The notes beneath the pieces were generated by a model. That model made no database searches. It had not been told where the DNA came from and saw nothing but the letters and a program-made list of their open reading frames with translations. A stretch of 64,000 bases of DNA, from positions 868,001-932,000 of the forward strand of contig JBNRSN020000118.1 of NCBI GenBank assembly GCA_051313645.2, written 5' to 3'. Numbering within the stretch: the stretch's first letter is position 1; each line of letters starts with the position of its first letter. The stretch comes from Centroscyllium fabricii. Its lineage: Eukaryota. Positions 20,120 to 29,528 of the stretch are shown in pieces. The translations under genes and the position numbers were made by a program.

Positions 20120-23100
20120 CAGCTCCCCCCAGAACCCGTCCGGGAGGAATAGTGACAGAGTCTATGTTGTGCCGTTGGGGTGGCCGGATGATGCGGCCGG
20201 ACCATGTTGTTTGTTGCTCCTGGTTCTGCGGTGGAGTGTGGGCGGGTTTTGTTGCGGGAGGGCGACCGCGTTGTGGTGGTTGTGCGGGGACCGTAGTCTC
20301 ACCCGCTATAACGTGTGCCGGCTTGAGCCGGTCTATTGTCACAGTGTCAGTCCTGTTGCCCATTTGTAACTCAAAAGCTTTAGCTCCCGCCCGAAGCACT
20401 CTGTAGGGGCCATCGTACGGTGGCTGTAGTGGAGATCGGTGTCCGTCGCGCCGGACAAACACGAATTTCACGTTTTTAATGTTGTCCGGCACCCGAGCTG
20501 CTGGCTCTCCGTGCCAGGCCACTGGTAGTGGCTGGAAAGCTCGTGCCGGGTTGGCGAAGTCTTTTAAATACTGGTCGGCTGACCAGGGAGCGTTGGGCTC
20601 AGCCAGGAACACGCCCGGCACCGTTAAAGTTTGGCCGTAGATGAGCTCCGCTGCCGAGGCGTTAAGGTCTTCTTTGACTGCCGAGAGCAGCCCGAGGAGA
20701 ACCCATGGAAGGCGGTCGGTCCACGATGCGTCTTTCAGTGTGGCTCGTAGTGATGCCTTCATGGAGCGGTGGAACCGTTCGCATAGGCCGTTCGCCTGTG
20801 GATGGTATGCGGTCATTCGGTGTAGTTTCACCCCGAGGTCACGGGCGATGGCCGCCCATAATGCCGATGTAAACTGGGATCCTCTGTCGGCGGTGATGTC
20901 TGTGGGCACACCGAAGCGGGCGACCCAGGTGGCGATGAACGCCCTGGCCAAGTCCGTGGTGCCAGTGGCAGTGAGGGGGACTGCTTCTGGCCAGCGAGTG
21001 TTGCGGTCGACCATGGTCATTAGGTGCGTGTGGCCCCGGGATGGCGGTAGTGGCCCGACGAGATCGATATGAACGTGGTCAAAGAGTCTGGCCGGCACTT
21101 TAAAAGTTTCCAGCGGTGCCCTAATGTGCTTATGCACTTTGGAGCGCTGGCAGGCTATGCAGGAGCTGGCCCAGGCGCGGACGTCCTTGCGCAGGCCGCG
21201 CCATACGAATCGGGCCGAGATTAATTTGATGGACGCGCGGGCGCCGGGGTGGGACAGGTCATGGAGGGTCCTAAATATGTGTCGCCTCCAAGCGTGGGGT
21301 ACGACTGGCCTGGGTTGCGGCAAGGATACGTCGCAGCAGACGACGGTGGCAGCGGGGCTGTGTGCGATATTGGCCAAGTGGAGGCCGGGGAGATTGGTTG
21401 CTGCGTTGAGCAGGTCAGGGTCAGCCAGCTGGTCCGCGGCCAGCTGGGCGTAATCGACCGCCATTTGAGCGGCGTTAATGGTGGGGCATGAGAGGCAATC
21501 AGCGACCACGTTGTCGCGGCCGGAAATGTGCTGGATGACGTTTGTAAATTCCGACATGGCCGCGGGTTGGCGCTGCTGCCTGGCCAACCAGGGTTCGGCG
21601 ACCTTAGCCATCGCAAACGTGAGTGGCTTATGGTCGACGAAGGCTGTAAAGTGGTGGCCCTCCAAGAGGAAACGGAAGTGTCGCACTGCCAGATGGAGAG
21701 CGAGGAGCTCCCTATCGAAGGCGCTGTATTTAAACTCTGGGGGCCGGAGTTGCCAGCTGAAAAAGGCCAGGGGCTGCCACGAGTTGCCAGTCCACTGCTC
21801 AAATATGGCCCCAACCGCATGGTCGGAGGCGTCGGTGGTGAGGGCTACTCTGGCGTTGGGCCTAGGGTGGGCTAGGAGGGTGGCGTTTGAAGGGCGGTTT
21901 TAGTTGTGGTAAAGGCGGTGGCGGCGTCGGCCGTCCACTCGACCGCAGCCTTGTTAGACTGCCCGCGGTTGGCCTGGTATAAGGGGGCCATGAGAGCGGC
22001 TGCTCCCGGGATAAAGCGGTTATAAAAATTAACCATGCCTAAAAATTCCTGCAGCCCTTTAATGGAGTGCGGGCGGGGAAATTCTTGTACCGCCTGCACC
22101 TTGGAGGGCAGGGGTATGGCCCCTGTTTGGGAAATGCGGTGGCCGAGGAAGTCAATAGTCTCGAGGCCGAATTTGCACTTGGTGGGGCTTAAGATAAGGC
22201 CGTGTTCGGTGAGGCGCTGGAACAGGGTCCTGAGGTGCAGAAGGTGTTCCTGGGGGGAGGTGCTGGCCACGAGGATGTCGTCAAAATAGACGAAAATGAA
22301 CTTCAAGTCCCGTAGGACTGAGTTCATGAGGCGCTGGAAGGCCTGGGCCGCGTTTTTAAGGCCGAAAGGCATCCTAAGGAACTCGAAGAGCCCGAAGGGG
22401 GTAATAACGGCTGTTTTGGGAATGTCCGCCGGGTGTACGGGCACCTGGTGGTAGCCACGCACCAGGTCGATCTTGGAAAAGATTGTACAGCCTGCTATTC
22501 TGGCGGAAAAATCCTGGATGTGGGGTACGGGGTACCTATCCGGGGTAGTGGCGTTGTTAAGACAGCAGTAGTCACCACAGGGGCGCCAACCTCCGTCGGG
22601 CTTGGGGGCTATATGGAGCGGAGAGGACCAGAGGCTGCTGGAGCGGCGGATTATACCGAGTTGCTCCATGGTGCGGAACTCGGTGCGCGCGATCTCCTGC
22701 TTGGCCGGGTCGAGCCTACGGGCGTGGGCATGGACGGGAGGGCCTGTGGTCGTGATAAAATGCTCCACCCCGTGTTTGGCCTGGCGGGCGGTGAACGTGG
22801 AGTTGGTTAGGGCGGGGAACTCTGCCAGGAGTGTGCCGTAGGCATCGGAGTCCCGGGAGCGGCATTGGGCTGCCTCGTGGGCCAGGAGTGCGGGCCCTGT
22901 GGAGCATGGGATGGTCGTCATGGTATTTATATTGACCAAGCGGCGCCGGGTTACGTCGACCAGTAGGCCGTAGGCGCAGAGGAAGTCTGCCCCGAGGAGG
23001 GGTGAAGTGACCTGTGCCGTTACAAAATCCCAGGTGTACGCGTGGCTTGCAAGGGTAATTGTCAGCTTGCGGGTGCCGTACGTTTTTATATTGGAGCCGT

Positions 23101-23989
23101 TGTCTGCCGCTAGTGGCGGGCCCCGGGTGCCTTGTTTGGTTTCTGCGGGGGAGGCTGGCACGATGCTGTGCTGCGCGCCTGTGTCGCAGAGGAACCTGAG
23201 GCCTGTGCCGCTGTCTGTGGCAAAGAGCAGTGCTCCTGTGTGGCCTACAGACATGGTGGGGGCTGAGTTGGGCCGTGGCTTAAACGCGCATGGCTGGACG
23301 CAGCGGTGCGCTTTGTGGTCGAACCGCGTGTGGTAGTAGCACCAGCCGGTGCTAGAGGGACGCGGTTGTCTAGGTGGGCGCGGGGCCCTAGGTTCAGGCA
23401 TAAAGTTATGCCTGGGGGGTGATTGGCTGCGCTCTACCGATGCGGAGTTAGGGTCGCACGTGGTTGAGCGGGTGCTCTGCGCCTCCATGAGCCTGTCGGC
23501 TTCCTCTCCGAGCTCGTCATCGCTCCGTTGGCCAAGGGCCGCCAAGGCCGGTCTGATGGCGCGGGGCAGTTTAAGGAGGAAGACGGTGCGGAAGAGGGAG
23601 GCCGGGTTGGGTGTGAGTGCTTGCATCTGACCTAAGAGGTCCGATGGGTCTGCGTCCCCGAGTTCGGGGAGGTCGAGGAGCTGGCAGTCGCGCTCAAATT
23701 GGGAGGGGGTAAAAAAAATTATAAGCGCGGCCTTAAGTGCTTTATACCTGCCTGTGATGGGCACACGCTGTATTTTTGACCACATCCGATCAATCGTCGT
23801 CTGTGGTAGGGCTGAGAACACCAGGTCGTAGCGGTCATCCCCTTGAATGCCATGTGTGCGGCAGCTGGTCTCCATGCAGATGAACCAAGCCGCTGGCCGT
23901 TGCTCCCAGAACTCGGGTAGAGTTAGTCCACGTCTGGCGTTCTGGCCAGCTCCCTGCGTTCGTGGAGCTTGGTTCCTTGGGTTTACCAT
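20100..23989 (-). pseudogene. gag-pol: Element F gag-pol with a single 1-nt frameshift near 21890
   Basis: ORFs 21872-23989 (gag-PR-RT, YFDD) and 20100-21686 (RH-IN with PPYDGPY). Alignment to A shows one base missing in ...GCC CTT (G)CA AAC GCC. Confidence 0.9.
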
Positions 23990-24062
23990 GTTTTCCTAAA
24001 AAGTTCTTTGGCTGGTGGTCCCAGATCCTGCGGCAGCTTTTCTTCTCTGGAAGTCGTTCCAT

Positions 24063-24074
24063 TCGGGGTCACCA
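24063..24074 (-). other. Primer-binding site of F, tRNA-Trp
   Basis: Exact TGGTGACCCCGA 1 nt after the LTR. Confidence 0.9.
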
Positions 24075-24075
24075 C

Positions 24076-24319
24076 TGTAGCGCCGGCAGGCCTAGGAACC
24101 ACAGCTGAGCCAGAGCTAGAGAAAACACAGCTTTATTACACTAAGTAAAACAAGAAAAAGAGTGAACCACTCGCAGCAATCGTATTTAAACAGTCTCGCG
24201 GTTGGTGACGTCATCGCGTCGGCCGACGTGGGGACGTCGTCACGTCACCCGGATGAGCGGGGCTTTGCTCCGCGGAGTCCCCGTGGCGGATTCAATGTCT
24301 CAGTGGGCGTGCCGCCACA
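24076..24319 (-). repeat. 5' LTR of F (244 bp)
   Basis: TGTGG...CTACA termini, followed by PBS. Confidence 0.95.
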
Positions 24320-26884
24320 ATATCATAATTGAAAGCAGAGAGCTCAATTCTCCACCTCAATATCTTGTCATTCTTGATTTTACCCCGCTCTTTGTTGTTG
24401 AACATGAACGCGACTGAGCGTTGGTCAGTCAGCAGGGTAAATCATTTACCGGCCAGGTCGCACTGCTTCAACAATGGCCTGGGCCTCCTTCTCAACGGAA
24501 GAGTGTCGGGTTTCGGGGCCCTGGAGGGTGCGCGAGAAGAAGGCCACGGGTCTGCCCGCCTGGTTAAGGGTGGCGGCCAGGGCAAAGTCGGACGCATCGC
24601 TCTCTACCTGGAATGGGATGGACTCGTCCACAGCGTGCATCACGGCCTTTGCAATATACTGTTTTATGCCGCAGGAGGCCATGTGGGCCTCTGCCGACAG
24701 TGGAAAGGAGGTTGATTTGAGTAGTGGGCGGGCCTTGTCCACGTAGTTGGGGACCCACTGGGCATAATATGAAAAGAACCCCAGGCACCTCTTCAGGGCC
24801 TTAAGGGAGTGGGGGAAGGGGAGCTCCAGGAGGGGGCGCAAGCGGTCCGGGTCAGGACCGAGGACCCCATTCTCCACAACACTGCCGAGGATGGCGAGGC
24901 GGGTTGTCCTGAACACACATTTGTCCGTGTTATAGGTCAGTTTCAGATTTTTGGCGGTGTGGAGAAATATCTGGAGGTTGGTGTCATGGTTCTGCTGGTC
25001 ATGGCCGCAGATGGTAACATTATCAAGGTACGGAAAGGTGGCCCGCAGTCCGTACTGATCAACCATTCGGTCCATCTCCCAAACGGAACCCTGAGGAAGT
25101 GATAGAGGCAGCCGTCTGCCTCGAAAGCAGTATAGTGGCAGTCCTCTGAGCGGATGGGGAGCTGGTGGTACGCAGACTTCAGATCGATGGTCGAGAAGAC
25201 CCGATACTGGGCGATCTGGTTCACCATATCCGCTATGCGGGGGAGGGGATACGCATCTAGCTGCGTAAACCGGTTAATGGTCTGACTGTAGTCAACGACC
25301 ATCCGGTGCTTGGCTCCGGTCTTTACAACTACTACCTGTGCCCTCCAGGGGCTATTACTGGCCTCGATGACCCCTCCTTCAGGAGCCGTTTCACCTCAGA
25401 CTTGATGAAGTCTCTGTCCCCGGTACTGTAGCGCCTACTTTTGGTGGCGACGGGCTTGCAGTCCGGGGTGAGATTGGCGAAGAGTGAGGGAGGGCCGACC
25501 TTAAGGGTCGAGAGACTGCAGGTAGCGCGCTGTGGGCACTGCGGGGAGCGCTGGTTGCTGACCGTGAGTGGGGGAAGGAGCCCACCGTACGCCATTGTCA
25601 TGCTCTGGAGGTGACATTGGAAGTCGAGGCCCAGCAGTAGGGGAGCGCAGAGCTGCGGCAGCACGAATAATTTAAAATTCTGGAAGTGCGCGCCCCGCAC
25701 TGACAGGGTCACTACGCAGCGACCGCAGACGTCCGCGGATTCGGACTTTGACGCCATCGAAATTTTTTGGCTAGCCGGTATGACTGTTAGGGAGAAGCGC
25801 TTTACCGTATCAAGGTGTATGCAGCTTGCCCTACTCCCGCTGTCGAAAAGGCAATCCGTACTCCGCCCGTTCACCTGTACCGTCATCATTAATTTGCTGA
25901 GTGGCTGGCTCCTGTTCTGGTTGAGGGTGATGGGGGCCAGTATCGGGTCAGTCGAATCGGTTGAGAGGTCTGGGGCCAGGTCCCAAGATGGCTGCCGCCA
26001 AGCGGCGGGCTGTGTTGAAGATGGCTGCGTCCAAGATGGCGTCTGCTCCCACGCGGCGGGCTGTGTGGGAGATGGCTGTGTCCAAGATGGCTGCCCCCAC
26101 AGGCCACACGCGGCGCTGCCCGGTTTGGAGGACGATAGCGCCGCCGCTCTGCATACCTTCGCATAGTGGCCCTTCTTCCCGCACTTGGAGCAGGCCGCGT
26201 CTCTTGCTGGGCAATTTCACCTGGGGTGCTGGGCCTGGCCGCAGAAGTAGCACTTTGGCCCTTTTGAGGTCGTAGCCGCAGTCATCTCTTCCGCTGGTCG
26301 CGGTGCGGCCGGCTGTGTCCAAGATGGCGCCGTCCGCGATGTGCCCGCGTGGTTGGCCGAGTAAGCGGCCATATTATGGGACGCCAAGTCCAGCGAATTT
26401 CCAAGTTCGATTGTCGCCTGCAGGTCCATGCCATTCTGCTCCAGCAGTCTCTGCCTGATATAATCGGACCTGAGGCCAGTGACATAAGCATCCCTGATGA
26501 GGCTTTCAGAGTGCACCAAGGCTGACTGTGCCTTACAGTTGCAGGCCCGGCAGAGGACTCTCAGCGCTCGTAGAAACTCCACGCTCGATTCCCCGGGTTG
26601 TTGCTTTCTGGTGGCCAGAAGGTGTCTGGCGTGGACGATGTTCGGTGCCCGGGTATACTCAGCCTTCAGGATTCGGACCGCCTCAGTGTAGGACGTAGCG
26701 TCCGCGATTATTGAGTACACCTGGGCGCGTTGAGAAGGCGCAGCTTGTCCCTGTCCGTCTGGACGATCGTCGCGGTAGCATCAAGGAACTCCTCGAAGCA
26801 GTTGAACCAGTGCGTAAACGTGTTAGAGGCGCCTGGTGTTTGGGGATCCAGTTCTAACGTCGCTGGTTTTAGCATAGTTTCCAT
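24320..26884 (-). pseudogene. gag-pol: Element G gag-PR-RT-RNase H, heavily frameshifted
   Basis: Fragments 26708-26920, 26217-26720, 25332-25889 (LFDSGS), 24943-25302 and 24446-25075 (YLDN, VESDASD); short deletions near 25080 and 24455. Confidence 0.9.
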
Positions 26885-26892
26885 GATTAAAT

Positions 26893-26972
26893 TTAGCGAA
26901 TAAAATTGATACCTTATCAATAACCTCAGAAACGAGAAGTTACGTGGTGAATAAAAGGCTTTTATTCGCTAA
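26893..26972 (-). promoter_or_regulatory. G: self-complementary PBS-position sequence (26893-26905) and LTR partner (26960-26972)
   Basis: Perfect 13-bp inverted repeat TTAGCGAATAAAA / TTTTATTCGCTAA. Confidence 0.85.
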
Positions 26973-27173
26973 GACTTGGGCATGCCCCAGCTAGTCGACT
27001 GCTCCCGGAATGATCGGGGGGAGGGAGACAGTCACCTTTATACCTGTCCTGGGATGAGGAGTCACAGGTGGGGTCAGCACGGGCATGCCCAGACAAGCTA
27101 TACACAGAGAACTATATACACAATGTTACAGGCCATGGATATGATACAAATATATACATAGTGGTTTACCACA
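26907..27173 (-). repeat. 5' LTR of G (267 bp)
   Basis: TGTGGTAAACC...GGTATCA; TATAAA at 27042-27037, Inr TCATTCC with A at 27011. Confidence 0.95.
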
Positions 27174-27347
27174 CCCTTATCCAACAAAAATCTATCAATC
27201 TCAGTCTGAAAAGCTCCAATTGACCGCCAGCACCCACAGCCTTCTGGAGAGTTCCAGATTTCCACTACCTTTTGTGTGGAAAAGTGCTTACTGATTTCAT
27301 TCCTAAATGGCCGAGCTCTAATTTTAAGATTGTGCCCTTTTGTTCTG
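27174..27347 (-). mobile_element. CR1-type LINE fragment, right piece
   Basis: Joins seamlessly to 13238-13348 after removing E and G (CCATATCCCTGGATACCCTTATCCAACAAAAATCTATCAATCTCAG); family assignment from recall. Confidence 0.6.
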
Positions 27348-27498
27348 AATGAGTCAATTCAGATACTGCAAATGTGTAAAACAAAATTAATTTGTTCTTT
27401 GTTTGATTTTGGTCTATCATGTGATAAGCAGGATGGTTGAAAAGCAAATTAGATGGACCATGGCCTTTTCTCATCTAACAATTCCCATGTTCCTAACT

Positions 27499-27606
27499 GG
27501 TCATTTATCTCATTGCTGTCTTATGGGATCTTGCTGGGCACAAAATGCTTTGCCCACATGACAACAGTTAGCGCACTTCAAACTAATTCACTGTATGTGA
27601 AGGGCA
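27499..27606 (+). mobile_element. DeuSINE-like (SacSINE1/AmnSINE1-type) 3' fragment
   Basis: CATTGCTGTCTTATGGGATCTTGCTG...ACAACAGTTAGCGCACTTCAAA resembles the Deu-domain/tail consensus (recall, not searched). Confidence 0.55.
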
Positions 27607-28244
27607 GAGCAGGATTAAGAATTCCTGAGGCCTTGGGCACCAAAACCATTCGGGGCCCCGTCGCTTCCTACTCCCACCACCCCCTCGCCTGCACTCTGAG
27701 CATTAAGCGAGCGACTGTTACCCAGCCTCGAGGCGAGAGCTTTAGAGGCACTACCCTGTATGTTCAGAAGTGGTGATTTGCTGTTCTACATTATCTCCTG
27801 CCACAGCATTTAATCAGAGGCAATCTACATTCTCTGTTTCACCAGCTCACTTACATTAACACGACATAGCAGGAAATGGCACCCTACAAAACAGTAAGTT
27901 ATATCCACTTCGCAAGAGAAGTTACTGACCTGCAGGGCAAGAGGCAATGGAGGAGGATGAGGAAGAAAAAATTGAATCACAGGTCACTACAGACGGCACC
28001 GGGGAAGTTTTCATGAGAGCGGGGGCGGGAAGGGTTTGGAGCCAGAAGTTGTCGAGCCTCCAGTGTCGTTCGCAGCAGTGCCTGGGCGATCACGGGGTGG
28101 GATCGCTGGCCAAGGGCCCTGTAGCTCCCATCTGTCCCTGATAAAAGGCTTGCCGACATTTCTGACAGACATGATAAAGCGCAATATAAATACTGGCCTT
28201 CCTTTTCTTCCCCAGTCCCAGATCAATTCGGGTACAGGAAGCTC

Positions 28245-28571
28245 GTGCTGGACCAGCGAAACCAGAGGCCCCAAATTCAATCCCTGCCATGGCATGATGC
28301 CAAAAGGTGGAACTGAATTCAACCAAGCTGGTAATTTGTGGTTGGTTCCAAAAATTGACCATGAAAATTGCCAAATTGTCGTAAACCCCCAAATAGTTCA
28401 GTAATGCCCTTCAAGGAAGGGAACCTGCCACCTCTACCTGGTCTGGTCTACATCTGACTTCAGTTCCACAATACATGGTTGACTTTTAACGCCCTCCCTC
28501 AGGGTACCTAGGGATGGGGCAACAAATACTGGTTTGCCAGTGTCGCCCACATCGAGAACAGTTTAAAAAAA
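28245..28571 (+). mobile_element. Old chondrichthyan-type SINE copy ending in an A-tail
   Basis: TGACCATGAAA...GGAAGGGAACCTGCC...CCTGGTCTGG...GGGATGGGGCAACAAATACTGG...CGCCCACATC + A8, matching an abundant shark SINE as I recall it; degenerate B-box-like TTCAATCC. Confidence 0.6.
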
Positions 28572-28852
28572 ATCTGGAGTGCTGCATATTTTTTTTCACT
28601 TCTACTATGACGCTTACAGAAGAATAATTCTTGGGCAACTTGTCGTTAGAAAAGCAAAGAGGATGAATGCTAACCAGAGGCACTGCACCCAAATCTGTAT
28701 CAATAATCACTGAAAATGGGCGAGGGGGGGGGGCACGTGTGGCGTGATGTTAATGCCAAGTGACATAAAGAGCTCCCACAACCTCAGAAGACTCCTTGGG
28801 GCTTGGCACAAAAAATATATATTAGAAATGAATACAAAGTTCCCAATTGTTC

Positions 28853-28976
28853 TTTTTGTTAGGTTAAAGGGTATCTAGGGATATGGAGCAAAGGTGGTTG
28901 GGGTAGAGATCCTCCAGGATCTAATGGAATGGTGAAACAGGTTGGAAGGGCTGAATGGTCTCCTCCAGTTCCTAAC
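28853..28976 (+). mobile_element. CR1-type LINE 3' tail fragment
   Basis: GATCTAATGGAATGGTGAAACAGGTTGGAAGGGCTGAATGGTCTCCTCCAGTTCCTA, the degenerate reverse complement of 13250-13307. Confidence 0.6.
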
Positions 28977-29528
28977 TGCTGCAGGCTTGGCTTTGTCGAT
29001 TCCCTTAATCACATTCCCTTAGTGATGGAGCCAGCAACACCTGGGAACTGTTGATAGTGAGACTGGTGGGCAGAAAGAGTGAGACTGATCACCCTTCAAG
29101 CACAGTTCATTTTTTTAATGGCCGATTGTGAGCGGCACTTGACAGACCCGAGAACCGCTAAACATGCCTCAACCTTTAAATGCACCAGCTTCTTCCAGAG
29201 AATTGTTTTTTTTACATACGTTTCGGAAACAACGGATACAATGTAGAAAAACAGGTTTAAAATCTCTGAATTTGCAACTTGCAAATGGATCGGAGATTAC
29301 ATTTAACAGAAATCGTGGTGACACAAGAGATGTCCTCAACTCAACAACTGAACAATGATATCTGTCTTACTGTCTCCGTGCTGCTGGTCGCTGAGGGGAC
29401 CTTGTTTCAGATGAAAGGTAATGCCAGACTGGTGGAGCTGGGGCTCAGTGCTCAGGCTAGAGTTAGCCCGGTTCTACGCCGAGGAATGAAGGTGCAGACT
29501 CGGCACAGAATGCACAGTCCCACCGCCC

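Larger units (their letters stand above)
19876..24319 (-). mobile_element. Element F: full-length CsRn1-like LTR retrotransposon (4,444 bp) with 4-bp TSD ATAT, nested in G
   Basis: 244-bp LTRs; TSD ATAT at 19872-19875 and 24320-24323. Removing F restores G's WRIELSAFNYDILYRPG. PBS TGGTGACCCCGA at 24063-24074; PPT GGGGGGAG at ~20123-20130. Confidence 0.97.
18291..27173 (-). mobile_element. Element G: full-length Mag-like Ty3/Gypsy LTR retrotransposon (divergent subfamily) with 5-bp TSD CCCTT; interrupted by F
   Basis: 267-bp LTRs 18291-18557 and 26907-27173; TSD CCCTT at 18286-18290 and 27174-27178; gag/PR/RT/RH/IN fragments on the minus strand. Confidence 0.95.

Noticed and set aside
21872-21903. 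Programmed frameshift between F's two ORFs
   Set aside because: It lies between RT and RNase H, has no slippery heptamer, and A is continuous here, so it is a 1-nt deletion or sequencing error
191-26691. Antisense and alternate-frame ORFs over the retrotransposons, or an env-like gene
   Set aside because: These are shadow ORFs of GC-rich coding sequence. In B, E, F and G the integrase frame runs up to the PPT/LTR, leaving no room for env.
27606-28140. Non-autonomous hAT-like DNA transposon (CAGAGCAGGATTAAG ... CCCTG)
   Set aside because: The left end resembles such termini, but the right end gives only a poor inverted match and I found no TSD
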